A DNA stretch of 64,000 nt from Bacteroidia bacterium (lineage in GTDB: Bacteria > Bacteroidota > Bacteroidia > DATLTG01), in assembly GCA_039924845.1 (NCBI GenBank), contig JBDTAC010000073.1, forward strand, positions 8,614 to 72,613, written 5' to 3'. Position 1 is the stretch's first letter; each line of letters begins with the position of its first letter. The notes under the pieces were generated by a model that saw nothing but the letters and a program-made list of their open reading frames with translations, was not told where the DNA came from and did not search any database. Below, one piece after another: positions 39,332 through 49,332 of this stretch. A program made the translations under genes and the position numbers.

Positions 39332-40162
39332 ATGAATAAAATATATTTTACCTTGCTGTTATTTTGCCTGATTAGTTTGCATTCCATTGCGCAAGATAGT
39401 ACGAGACTAAAACAGAATTCACCTTTTGTTTTGGGAACAACTGTCGAAATCTACTCATCACAATTAGGTGAAAAACGCACGTTAAATATTTATTTCCCGG
39501 AAGGGTATAATCCGAAAGATACTGTCAAGTATCCGGTGATTTATTTATTGGATGGTTCCGCAGAGGAAGATTTCATCCACATCGCTGGAATTGTTCAGTT
39601 TTTAAATTTCCCTTGGGTAAATATATTGCCAAAATCCATTGTTGTGGGTATTGCCAATGTGGATAGACAAAGAGATTTTACATTTCCGACACATATAGAA
39701 AAAGACAAAAAAGCATTTCCGACAACTGGTGGTTCCGAAAGATTTATTGCTTTTATTGAAAAAGAATTGCAGCCATACATCGAGAAAAATTATAAAACGA
39801 ATTCTTCCAAAACCATTATCGGAGAATCTTTAGGTGGACTTTTGGCAACAGAAATTTTATTTAAAAAGCCGAAACTTTTTACTAATTATATTATTGTAAG
39901 TCCGAGTTTGTGGTGGGATAATGAATCTTTGTTTTCTGCAGATTCGACGTTTCTGAAAACAAAATTGAATGTTCAAACTTCTGTGTATGTTGCTGTAGGC
40001 AAGGAGGGAGGACGAATGCAAAAAGATGCCAAAAAATTAGCTCACTTTTTAAGGAAGCAAAGAAATAAAAACGTACGTGTGAAATTTCACTATTTTATAA
40101 ATGAAAATCATGCAACCATTATGCACCAAGCCGTTTACAAAGCGTTTGAATATTTGAAATAA
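39332..40162 (+). CDS. secreted alpha/beta-hydrolase esterase (putative esterase family)
   Basis: GESLGG nucleophile elbow. The signal peptide starts at the internal Met (MNKIYFTLLLF...), 10 codons downstream of the ORF-track start. Confidence 0.7.
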   Translation: MNKIYFTLLLFCLISLHSIAQDSTRLKQNSPFVLGTTVEIYSSQLGEKRTLNIYFPEGYNPKDTVKYPVIYLLDGSAEEDFIHIAGIVQFLNFPWVNILPKSIVVGIANVDRQRDFTFPTHIEKDKKAFPTTGGSERFIAFIEKELQPYIEKNYKTNSSKTIIGESLGGLLATEILFKKPKLFTNYIIVSPSLWWDNESLFSADSTFLKTKLNVQTSVYVAVGKEGGRMQKDAKKLAHFLRKQRNKNVRVKFHYFINENHATIMHQAVYKAFEYLK

Positions 40163-40170
40163 AAAGAATC

Positions 40171-40884
40171 TTATTTATACAAGAGGAAAATTGTCGGGCG
40201 TTTTTGAATGTCCGGCAATTTTTTTTTCCACTCTAAAATACTTTGCGTAACAATCATTTCCGAAGGAAGTGTTACGTCACAAGCCACGCACAGCAAGGTA
40301 TTCGAATCGCAAGTAGAAATAATATCTTCCAGCAAATGTTGATTGCGATAAGGCGTTTCAATAAAAATTTGTGTTTGTTGCTTTTGAAAAATATTTTTTT
40401 CGAGCTCTTTTATTTTCCGAATACGATCACTTTTTTCTTTCGGCAAATAACCGTTAAAAGCAAAATTTTGTCCGTTAAATCCGGATGCCATCAACGCCAA
40501 TAAAATAGAAGATGGACCGGTAAGCGGAACTACTTTTATTTTTTTTTGATGCGCCAATTTCACAATTACAGCACCAGGATCAGCGATACATGGACAACCC
40601 GCTTCGGAAATAATTCCCATATTTTTTCCTTCTTCTATCGCATTCAAATAAGAAGAATAAATTTCCGGATTTGTTTGTGTATTGAGTGGATAAAGGACAA
40701 TTTCGTTGAGCGATTTCTGAATACCCATTTTTTTTAAAAAATGCCGCGCGGATTTTTCATTTTCCACAATGTAATGATCAATTTCGTTGATTATTTTTCC
40801 GACAATTGCTGGAATACTTTCAGAGATTTCTGCTTCTGTCCCAAGCGTTGTGGGTATCAAATAAAGAGTGCCTTTTTTGTTCAT
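40171..40884 (-). CDS. SAM-dependent methyltransferase, tetrapyrrole-methylase fold (RsmI-like)
   Basis: 237 aa. N-terminal GTLYLIPTTLG resembles the RsmI/COG0313 N-terminus. Confidence 0.65.
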   Translation of the reverse strand: MNKKGTLYLIPTTLGTEAEISESIPAIVGKIINEIDHYIVENEKSARHFLKKMGIQKSLNEIVLYPLNTQTNPEIYSSYLNAIEEGKNMGIISEAGCPCIADPGAVIVKLAHQKKIKVVPLTGPSSILLALMASGFNGQNFAFNGYLPKEKSDRIRKIKELEKNIFQKQQTQIFIETPYRNQHLLEDIISTCDSNTLLCVACDVTLPSEMIVTQSILEWKKKLPDIQKRPTIFLLYK

Positions 40885-40893
40885 CCGAAAATT

Positions 40894-41352
40894 TTATTTT
40901 AAAGAATGCAAAATAGTGTCGCAGGTTTTATCCAACAATTGAAAAACGGTTTCGAAGCCTTCTTCGCCACCAAAATAAGGGTCGGGAACACTTTTATTGC
41001 TTTTTGGATACAAGCGATTTAAAATAATTTCCACTTTATTTTTGTCGTGATCGGTTCGCGTCAAACGCAAAATATCGTTGTAATTGGAAACGTCCATTGC
41101 AAAAATAATATCAAACGCATCAAAATCTTTCACGGAAAATTGTCGAGCTTTTAATTTTGAAATATCTACCTGATGCGATTGTGCATTCTCAATCGCGCGA
41201 TGATCGGGATGTTCGCCAATATGATAATTGGATGTTCCTGCCGAATCCACAAAAATAGGAAAGTTAATCGCGTTTGCTTTTTCGCGCAAAATACCTTCCG
41301 CCAATGGTGAGCGACAAATATTCCCTAAACAAACCATTAAAATTTTTTGCAC
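40894..41352 (-). CDS. low-molecular-weight protein-tyrosine phosphatase
   Basis: 152 aa. P-loop CLGNICRS (CX5R) at the N-terminus and a DPY motif near the C-terminus. Confidence 0.85.
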   Translation of the reverse strand: MQKILMVCLGNICRSPLAEGILREKANAINFPIFVDSAGTSNYHIGEHPDHRAIENAQSHQVDISKLKARQFSVKDFDAFDIIFAMDVSNYNDILRLTRTDHDKNKVEIILNRLYPKSNKSVPDPYFGGEEGFETVFQLLDKTCDTILHSLK

Positions 41353-41425
41353 GATGCTTGTTTTTTAACTTGATTTTTAGACCTTCAAAAAAATAATTTT
41401 TCAAACGTGTTTTTTAACTTCAAAA

Positions 41426-41457
41426 TAAAAAAGGAATTCCGAAGAACTCCTTTTTTT
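41426..41457 (-). terminator. hairpin terminator downstream of dnaA (A7-ggaattccgaagaactcc-T7)
   Basis: Imperfect 7-bp stem flanked by A- and T-runs, 25 bp past the dnaA stop. Confidence 0.55.
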
Positions 41458-41481
41458 ATAAAAATTACTATTTCATTTTTA

Positions 41482-42912
41482 TTACTGAATGCTGATTTTT
41501 TTATTCAATTCATCGATGTATGCTTTAAAGCGTTTGTCGGTATCCATTAAATTATTAACGGTACGACAAGCGTGTAAAACCGTTGCGTGGTCTTTTCCTC
41601 CGCAATGCAAACCAATGTTTGCTAAAGAAGATTTTGTCATACTTTTTGCAAAATACATTGCTATTTGACGCGCTTGAACCACTTCTCTTTTACGTGTTTT
41701 TGATTTCAATAATTCGAGTGGCAAATCAAAATAATCGCATACTACTTTTTGAATATAATCAATGGAAACTTCTCTGGCTGTGTTTTTTACAAACTTGTCA
41801 ATCATTGATTTGGCAAGCTCCATCGTGATTGCTTTTTTATTAAGCGATGATTGTGCGAGCAAAGAAATCAAAGCTCCTTCTAATTCACGAACGTTGTTGG
41901 TGATGGAGTATGCAAGGTATTCGATGACATCTTTCGGAAGTTCCAATCCATCAGCATATACTTTTTTCTCTAAAATTGCAATTCTGGTTTCTACTCCTGG
42001 AACTTGTAAATCCGCGGATAGTCCCCATTTGAAGCGAGACAACAAGCGTTGTTCCATTCCTTGCATTTCTACGGGAGCCTTATCGGAAGTTAATACCAAT
42101 TGTTTGCCAGTTTGGTGTAAATGATTAAAAATATGGAAAAATACATCTTGTGTTTTTTCTTTCCCTGCTAAAAATTGAACATCATCAATAATTAGCACAT
42201 CAATCATTTGATAAAAATGTATAAAATCATTTTGATTATTATTTTTTACGGAATCAATAAATTGATGTGCAAATTTTTCGGAAGCCACATACAATACTGT
42301 TTTACTTGGAAAATTATTTTTAATTTGAATTCCGATTGCATGCGCCAAGTGTGTTTTTCCTAAACCAGCGCCGCCATAAATCAACAAAGGATTGAATGCG
42401 GTTCCGCCCGGTTTGTTGGCTACTGCAAATCCGGCAGAACGAGCCAAACGATTACAATCTCCTTCAATAAGATTTTCGAAAGAATAATTGGAATTCAATT
42501 GTGATTCAACCGTCAAACTTTTTAATCCGGGAATAATAAATGGATTGCGAATTGTTTTTTGATTCAAATCAATGGGCATTGCCACCGAGTGATTTTTCAA
42601 ATCTTTTTTTCCAGAGGTAGGAATTTTAACGGTGTAAGGTTTCGCATTTGTTTGCGAATTTTCCATGATGATGCTATACTCCAAGCGACCTTCGCTGCCT
42701 AATTCTTTACGTACTGTTTTCTTTAATAAAGTAACATAATGTTCTTCTAACCATTCGTAAAAAAATTGACTTGGAACTTGTATTGTTAAAACACTTCCGT
42801 TTAATTTAATTGGTTTAATTGGGTCAAACCATGTTTTGAAATTTTGTGAGCTAACATTGTCTTTTACTATTTCCAGACAATTTTCCCAAATTTTTACGTG
42901 TGTCTTCTCCAT
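41482..42912 (-). CDS. dnaA: chromosomal replication initiator protein DnaA
   Basis: 476 aa. N-terminal DnaA_N, AAA+ Walker A GGAGLGKTHL, Walker B IDDVQF, sensor motifs and a C-terminal DNA-binding domain. Confidence 0.9.
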   Translation of the reverse strand: MEKTHVKIWENCLEIVKDNVSSQNFKTWFDPIKPIKLNGSVLTIQVPSQFFYEWLEEHYVTLLKKTVRKELGSEGRLEYSIIMENSQTNAKPYTVKIPTSGKKDLKNHSVAMPIDLNQKTIRNPFIIPGLKSLTVESQLNSNYSFENLIEGDCNRLARSAGFAVANKPGGTAFNPLLIYGGAGLGKTHLAHAIGIQIKNNFPSKTVLYVASEKFAHQFIDSVKNNNQNDFIHFYQMIDVLIIDDVQFLAGKEKTQDVFFHIFNHLHQTGKQLVLTSDKAPVEMQGMEQRLLSRFKWGLSADLQVPGVETRIAILEKKVYADGLELPKDVIEYLAYSITNNVRELEGALISLLAQSSLNKKAITMELAKSMIDKFVKNTAREVSIDYIQKVVCDYFDLPLELLKSKTRKREVVQARQIAMYFAKSMTKSSLANIGLHCGGKDHATVLHACRTVNNLMDTDKRFKAYIDELNKKISIQ

Positions 42913-43292
42913 TACTTGTGCTACTATTAAAATGTGATATTATATCGAAGTAGTTAATTTCTACTTTAGTTCAATTTTTCTTCAAATGTAATTTTTTCTA
43001 ATTGCAACGGCTAAAGTTTTCAAAAAAAAAGTTTCATTTTTTTTTCAGTTTGCTATTGACTTTATCATTTTTTTTATTCTGACTTTTTTATTTTTTTAGC
43101 GAATGAAGAAAATATGCTGATTTTGCTACAATCTTCAAACGCTTGCAATGATAAGCCTTTTTGTTGAGAAATAAGTTGAAAATAAAAAAATATTTTTTTT
43201 TAGAAAAAATATTTCGTGTTTGTTTTTTTGTATATTGTTTCCGCGAAAAAATAATTTTTCAAGGGCTGAAAAAAATATTTTTTTTAACGCTC

Positions 43293-43937
43293 CTAATTAT
43301 CAGATGCTTTTTTCTTCTTCTGAAATTTAATTTTTGATTCTTCTTTTCGGAGTAAACGATGAATGTTTTTTTGATGTGTTATCACCACCATAATAGCAAT
43401 CAAAAGAGAAAAGATAATTAAGGTTGGAAATTTTATTTTTAAAATAACAATCACGATAAAAGGAAAAGCAAGTGCGGCAACAATAGACGCAAGCGATACG
43501 TAGCGAAAAAGAAAAAAAACGGTTCCAAAAACCGCAATCGACATTAAGGCTGCGTCTGGCGCGATGGCAATTAAAATACCGAGTAAGGTGGCAATGCCTT
43601 TACCGCCTCTAAAACCAACATAAATCGGAAATATATGTCCGATGAGTGCCGCAATTCCCAATACAATTTGAAAATTTACAAAGCCTTCCGCACTTTGTTT
43701 CACCGGTAAGATGTACGCCATTTGTACGGAGAGATATCCTTTCAGAATATCTAAAAACAAAACAGGAATACCGGCTTTTTTACCAAGTACACGAAAGGTA
43801 TTGGTGGCACCTGCATTTCCGCTTCCATATTCGCGTACGTCTATGCCGTAAAAAATACGTCCTATCCAAACGGAAGAAGGGACAGATCCCAGCAAATAAG
43901 CTGCAAACAAAATAAGAATCTGATAAAATAAAATCAT
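43293..43937 (-). CDS. plsY: glycerol-3-phosphate acyltransferase PlsY
   Basis: 214 aa. GSGNAGATN motif, 5 TM helices and a short basic C-terminal tail. Confidence 0.85.
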   Translation of the reverse strand: MILFYQILILFAAYLLGSVPSSVWIGRIFYGIDVREYGSGNAGATNTFRVLGKKAGIPVLFLDILKGYLSVQMAYILPVKQSAEGFVNFQIVLGIAALIGHIFPIYVGFRGGKGIATLLGILIAIAPDAALMSIAVFGTVFFLFRYVSLASIVAALAFPFIVIVILKIKFPTLIIFSLLIAIMVVITHQKNIHRLLRKEESKIKFQKKKKASDN

Positions 43938-43952
43938 TTTTTTGTTATGTTC

Positions 43953-46900
43953 TTATTCTCCGCTATTGCTGATGTGTCTTAAGAATGCTGATTTCTTATT
44001 CAAGGTAGAAAGATTAAAATAATACGTTCCGCCTTGTGCTTTATCTCCTTTTTGTTCACGTTTATCTGGTTTCAAACTACTGATGGCATTATTGAAATTG
44101 GCATCGGATGAAATCGCTTGCATGGTTCCGCGTGCATAATTAAAATAATACCAATTATTACCGTCCAACTCAATATAAATATTAAGTTCATCGCCGGCTC
44201 TGTTCTTTTTAAACTCAATGTGTCCGTTCACATATTTATTGATTTGAGTTTTGTTGAAATTGCCAATACCTATTTTTCCACTTGATATAAAAGAGCGAGT
44301 TTGTGGATTCCATTTCATTTGTACGTCGGTAAAGAACATACTTTTTTTCAATTCATCTGGAAATTTTTTAAATGATCCGTACAAATTTACTTGGGAAATT
44401 AATTTGTCGGCTTTATCTTTTCCAAGCAATTCTCTCAAGCCTTTTTCGTATTCAGGCTTAGAGAAATCAATGGAGTTAAGTCCGGCATAATTGTTAATGG
44501 CTTCACCCATTTTCTGGATGGCATTTTCGTCGAAGAAAAAATCCAAACTAAACATGAGATGAAAAGCAGTTGAATCCGGAATTAAATAATGCGTAATATT
44601 TCCAACGGTATTCATTTGCACTTGTCCGTAATCGGTTCCTACATTTATTTTTCCTTCCCCATAAACGATACATTTATTAACATTCAAGCTTAAATAATTT
44701 CCTGTTAAATTTCGTTCTACCAATTTCTCTTTATTGGATATTCTATATTCTGTGGAAGCCTTATCGTAAAATAAAAATCCTGTTGCAGGCAATAATTGAA
44801 TGTCTTGTCGCCCGACGATTTTCGATAGGAAGGCAGAATAAATTCTAGTAGAATCTTTCGTGTACATAATAGAAGCTGCAATTTTATTGCCTTTGTCATC
44901 GTAAAGCGTATCTGAAACTGGAATGTAAATTTGTTCTGGATTTATTTCAGAAGTAAAAGCAAACCAGGTTTTGCTAACAGCATCGCAACCATGCTGAATT
45001 CGAGTAGTTCCCGAAAACACTAAAAACTGATTGTTGGCGGCTAATTTTACTTTTCCTTTGTAATCATAATTAGGACTTAGCGTAAAATGAACACTGTCAG
45101 GAATAGTTGTTTCAGCATAGGTTTGCAAGGTAGTGTCCACACTAATATTACTAAAATAAATAGATTCCTTTTTCTTCAATTCATCGATGTAATCATAAAA
45201 GCCGGAGCCAGCATATTTTTTTCGACTAAATACATTTACGGTAGCATTGTATAAATGATGATAACGAGTAGTGGTGTTTGCTAAAATTTTTGCGCTGTCT
45301 AAAGTTTCCATGTATGCCTTTTTCCGAATGATAACCAATCCGTTATTTGGATAAATCAAGGCATCTGCTACACGTATATATTTTACTTCTTTCGCAGTAA
45401 TCACGTATTTTTTCAAATCGTATTTAGCAGAAGGTGCTTTAAATCGCAAAGAATCTTGTTTTGGATGAATGGAAATAAATTCCGAACCAGCTAAGTCAAT
45501 ATCTGAATTTGGGCTTGCCCCGCTGGCAGCAGCTACGTTTGCACTGGCTTTGTTTTTATCGGAACTTAACTCAATACTGTTTTTATCCATTAACCAGTTG
45601 AATTTATCCATAAAACACATGTATTGATTAACCGGGAATTTAACGATTGAACCCTTTCCGTTGGATTTGAAATCACCTTTGCGCTCGTCAAAATTAATGT
45701 GAGCATTCACGTTGGTGGTGGTAAAAGCAAGATTTGCGGTGTCAAGTGCTTTGAGTTGAAAATCGGCCGTATCCGAAAGCATCTCGTGCTGTAAAAAATT
45801 TGTTTTGACTGCAGTTAATTCAGCACCAGAAAAATCGGCTTTTCCATTTCCGGTGAGCACTTTTGGCGTTAAACTAAATTTCCCTGAAAAGGTAGATTGT
45901 CCGTTGAAACATTGAAAAACAGAATCTTTTTTATTGCTCGCATCCATTACATCCAATATAGGAACCCAGTGTATCCGGACGTGCTGCCCGTGAACTTGAG
46001 GAAATTGTGGATTTGTTTTTTGTTCTTTTATATCAAAATTTTGAGCAATTGTATTGGTGGAATCTGGATAAAAAATAAAATTGTTGGATGTTGTTGTAGA
46101 AGTTACATAATCTACGGTTCCATCGCCTCTCAAACCTTGGTTGCTGAGTTTAATTTGATTTTTGAAAACACCTTTTCCGCCATACACGGCAAATCCATCA
46201 GGAGGAGTAGAGCGAATAAATCCAAGCGAATAATCTTTTTGAAGCGTAAGTTGTTCTGCAAACTGAGGAAAAATTCCTGCTGAAACAAAATCACCTTGAA
46301 AATGCAAACTTGCATTTGTGAAATTATCTAAACTGTCAATCGTAAATGGTTTTAAATGAAAATAAAATTTGTCTTTTTTATAGGCGCCTTTTTGAATTGA
46401 TCGCTTGTCGTAATACACATACGCATCCTTGTTACTTTTGAAAATAGGATATTTCGCAAAATCTTTTACGCCTGATTTATTGGCAGGATTATCAATAAAT
46501 AATTCTCCATTGATATTTTGAATAACCGTTTTTACAGGAACTAAGCGATGTTGTCCATAAGGGTCTGCATCAAATGATTCGGCTTTCAAGCGAAGCGAAT
46601 CTACATTGGTTAAATTGATTTTAAAATCATTGTACTCAAATGAAAATACTTTTCCGAAAAAATCAAAGCGCCCAGCGTGCACTATTCCGGCAAAAGTAAA
46701 GTTTCTATTTTTCTTCAAAACTACTTCCGAGTCCTTCGGAAAAATATAAACATTCTGAGAATCGCTTAACAAAATACCAGCTACGCCGTGGATCGTGATG
46801 TCGTAATTCAACAAATTCATGCTGGCATTTATTTGTCCTCGGTTCACAGAGTGAAAATCAAGTACGTCGTAATCTGTTCGACCGGCGTTATCAGTAATGT

Positions 46901-48455
46901 ATTTGAATAGTTTTTCTTTCAAGTGAATTTGATCATTTCCCGTATTAAATGTCAAAAAGCCCATGCTCGCTAATTGGATTAATAAAGGGTGAATGTCATC
47001 CGCAGTATGTCCCATAAATCCGGCTAAATTATCGCCTAAAAAATCGCGCGATCCGCCCAAAGATTTGGAGTAACCGGCAATCGTAATCAACGGACTAACA
47101 TTCGCTTGTCCTTGGATGTTATCGTACAAATCGCGTTTAAAATAATTTGTGGATGCAAAATCCGCAACACCTTGAGAGTTTCCTGGTAACATTTCCATAT
47201 CAATTTTTGGCTCATCTGTTTTCCAAGATAAATATTCGAAGTACATATCCACATTATGATACGTATCAGAATACGGTGTTTTTGAAACTCCTTCATCTGT
47301 GCGGATAAATGTTAAGTGTTTGGTGGCAATGATGTAACGCATTTCTAAATTCGGATGATAAATAGAATCGGTATCCAAAATCATTTTTATGGCTGTTTCT
47401 GGACAAAGAATTCGGTCTTTACGGATGTCAAAACTTTTCGCGGAAGCAACAATAAAAATAGAATCGTTTCTTTTAAAATACAAATAAGCATTTTCAGTAG
47501 CACTTCCAGAGCCAATAAATTTTCCGCCTCTCATCGAAAAACCTCCATCGTAATCCACATTCGGAGCAATATTTTTAATTGAGAAACGCTTGTTATACGA
47601 ATCAAAACGCGGAAAAGAATTAACACCTTTTGCTTCTGCCACATCTTTGTCGTTTAACACTCCGATAAGTGGCTTATCAAAATATTTTTTTTGATAAAAA
47701 ATAACAGAATCTGCCGTGTAACCGCCTGTTTTCAGAATGATGTGATATGTATTTAATTGTGCGAAAATAGTATTCGCATCCAAACTATCTCGCGACCAAT
47801 CTACTTTCCCTCCATAACCGTCCCATTTATTCGTCAAAGGATAGAAAACGCCTTTTGTATTGTAAATAAAAGTACTATCAGAGCGTTCATTTAAGCAGCG
47901 CAAATTAGCGCTTGGAAAAATAATTTTTGGAACCTCGTTTTCATAAACCATTTGATAATTACTGGTGCTCGAACTCCATTTGTAAGTGGGCGAAGTATAA
48001 AAAGTATTGGAGCCAAAGAGGTTCGCGCTCATCACGACAAAGTCAGTATAATTTTTGATTGTTCTGCCCGTCAGCATGCTGTGCAAGGTAGCTTGCCATA
48101 CTTCAAAATTTTTATCAGATTGTCCAGAATTGACAAAATTATTCAGTGCATCTAAATAATTTTTAAAATCAGGAAAAGGGCGCATGCGTTTTTTTAACAT
48201 TAAATTACATACATCATAAGCTGCTTGTTTGTATTTATCGGTAAATTTAGGCGCATTCCACGATATGGTAAATTGCTCCATGTATGTTTTTATTTCTTTT
48301 TTGTTGCCGTTTCCGCTTTCGAAAAAGTCGTGCAATTCGCTCAGAAATTTAACTGGATCAGAGGTAAATTGAACCAGTTTGCTTTGTGCATTTGCATTCG
48401 GATGAATGAAAAACAATCCGATAAAAAGTGCAATAATAAAGTTGAATTTTTTCAT
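43953..48455 (-). CDS. very large (1500 aa) secreted hypothetical protein
   Basis: Uninterrupted 4.5-kb ORF with an N-terminal signal peptide (IHPNANAQ). No catalytic or sorting-domain motif recognised. Confidence 0.6.
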   Translation of the reverse strand: MKKFNFIIALFIGLFFIHPNANAQSKLVQFTSDPVKFLSELHDFFESGNGNKKEIKTYMEQFTISWNAPKFTDKYKQAAYDVCNLMLKKRMRPFPDFKNYLDALNNFVNSGQSDKNFEVWQATLHSMLTGRTIKNYTDFVVMSANLFGSNTFYTSPTYKWSSSTSNYQMVYENEVPKIIFPSANLRCLNERSDSTFIYNTKGVFYPLTNKWDGYGGKVDWSRDSLDANTIFAQLNTYHIILKTGGYTADSVIFYQKKYFDKPLIGVLNDKDVAEAKGVNSFPRFDSYNKRFSIKNIAPNVDYDGGFSMRGGKFIGSGSATENAYLYFKRNDSIFIVASAKSFDIRKDRILCPETAIKMILDTDSIYHPNLEMRYIIATKHLTFIRTDEGVSKTPYSDTYHNVDMYFEYLSWKTDEPKIDMEMLPGNSQGVADFASTNYFKRDLYDNIQGQANVSPLITIAGYSKSLGGSRDFLGDNLAGFMGHTADDIHPLLIQLASMGFLTFNTGNDQIHLKEKLFKYITDNAGRTDYDVLDFHSVNRGQINASMNLLNYDITIHGVAGILLSDSQNVYIFPKDSEVVLKKNRNFTFAGIVHAGRFDFFGKVFSFEYNDFKINLTNVDSLRLKAESFDADPYGQHRLVPVKTVIQNINGELFIDNPANKSGVKDFAKYPIFKSNKDAYVYYDKRSIQKGAYKKDKFYFHLKPFTIDSLDNFTNASLHFQGDFVSAGIFPQFAEQLTLQKDYSLGFIRSTPPDGFAVYGGKGVFKNQIKLSNQGLRGDGTVDYVTSTTTSNNFIFYPDSTNTIAQNFDIKEQKTNPQFPQVHGQHVRIHWVPILDVMDASNKKDSVFQCFNGQSTFSGKFSLTPKVLTGNGKADFSGAELTAVKTNFLQHEMLSDTADFQLKALDTANLAFTTTNVNAHINFDERKGDFKSNGKGSIVKFPVNQYMCFMDKFNWLMDKNSIELSSDKNKASANVAAASGASPNSDIDLAGSEFISIHPKQDSLRFKAPSAKYDLKKYVITAKEVKYIRVADALIYPNNGLVIIRKKAYMETLDSAKILANTTTRYHHLYNATVNVFSRKKYAGSGFYDYIDELKKKESIYFSNISVDTTLQTYAETTIPDSVHFTLSPNYDYKGKVKLAANNQFLVFSGTTRIQHGCDAVSKTWFAFTSEINPEQIYIPVSDTLYDDKGNKIAASIMYTKDSTRIYSAFLSKIVGRQDIQLLPATGFLFYDKASTEYRISNKEKLVERNLTGNYLSLNVNKCIVYGEGKINVGTDYGQVQMNTVGNITHYLIPDSTAFHLMFSLDFFFDENAIQKMGEAINNYAGLNSIDFSKPEYEKGLRELLGKDKADKLISQVNLYGSFKKFPDELKKSMFFTDVQMKWNPQTRSFISSGKIGIGNFNKTQINKYVNGHIEFKKNRAGDELNIYIELDGNNWYYFNYARGTMQAISSDANFNNAISSLKPDKREQKGDKAQGGTYYFNLSTLNKKSAFLRHISNSGE

Positions 48456-48465
48456 GATTGAAAAA

Positions 48466-49332
48466 TTATTTTTTTGAAAAGTGCAAAAATAACCAATTGT
48501 TTTCGGATACTTCTTCTTGAAAAATAAAGCCTGTTTCGAAGGCTTTTGTTTTCAAGGTTTCCGCATCTTGTTTTAAAAATCCGCTCATTAATAAATCGCC
48601 ATTTTTTTCGAGCGCCGAAAAATAAATTTTCATATCGTCCAATAATACATTCCGATTAATATTTGCTAAAATAATATCAAATTTTTTGTCTGCCAAAATT
48701 TGCGCATCTCCTTTACAAACATCCACATTTTTAGTATTGTTGATTACGGTATTTTCAAGTGTGTTTTTGTACGACCATTCATCAATATCCACTGCAAAGA
48801 CTGTTGCTGCGCCGCGTTTAGAAGCCATTATGGACAATACGCCGCTTCCACAGCCCATGTCTAAAATATTTTTTTTATCGAGTGATAATTTTAGCAATGC
48901 GCGCATCATCAATAAAGTGGTGTCGTGATGTCCCGTTCCGAACGCCATTTTTGGCTCGATGATAATTTCGTATTTCATATTTTTGGGAGCGTGAAAAGGA
49001 GCGCGAATAACACAATTTTCACTCACAATAACAGGATGATAATTATGTTCCCATTCTTCATTCCAATTTTTATCGGGAATGTTTTTTTGCTGAAAACTGA
49101 AGTCGAAAAAATATTTTTTTGAAGCAATAAGATCAGCTGTTTTTTCTTCCGAAAAATCTTTTTCAGAAACGTAAGCCAAGAAACCATTTTCGGTTTCTAC
49201 AAAACTTTCAAAACCAATATCGGCGAGCTCTGCGATTAAAATATCGCTTGCAGGAGCAGGCGTTTTTACCGAAAAATCAAATTCAATATAATTCAAAATG
49301 CAACGATTAAAAGGAATGAATAATCTGAACAA
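48466..49332 (-). CDS. prmA: ribosomal protein L11 methyltransferase
   Basis: FGTGHHDTTLLMM and DMGCGSGVLSI SAM-binding motifs. The start is uncertain: the ORF overlaps tpiA by 26 nt and the conserved N-terminus begins at LNYIEF. Confidence 0.8.
   Translation of the reverse strand: MFRLFIPFNRCILNYIEFDFSVKTPAPASDILIAELADIGFESFVETENGFLAYVSEKDFSEEKTADLIASKKYFFDFSFQQKNIPDKNWNEEWEHNYHPVIVSENCVIRAPFHAPKNMKYEIIIEPKMAFGTGHHDTTLLMMRALLKLSLDKKNILDMGCGSGVLSIMASKRGAATVFAVDIDEWSYKNTLENTVINNTKNVDVCKGDAQILADKKFDIILANINRNVLLDDMKIYFSALEKNGDLLMSGFLKQDAETLKTKAFETGFIFQEEVSENNWLFLHFSKK

Noticed and set aside
40185-40245. Apparent inverted repeat ttgtcgggcg...tgtccggcaa after the esterase gene
   Set aside because: The arms do not pair on inspection (multiple mismatches), and the segment lies inside the 40171-40884 minus-strand CDS.
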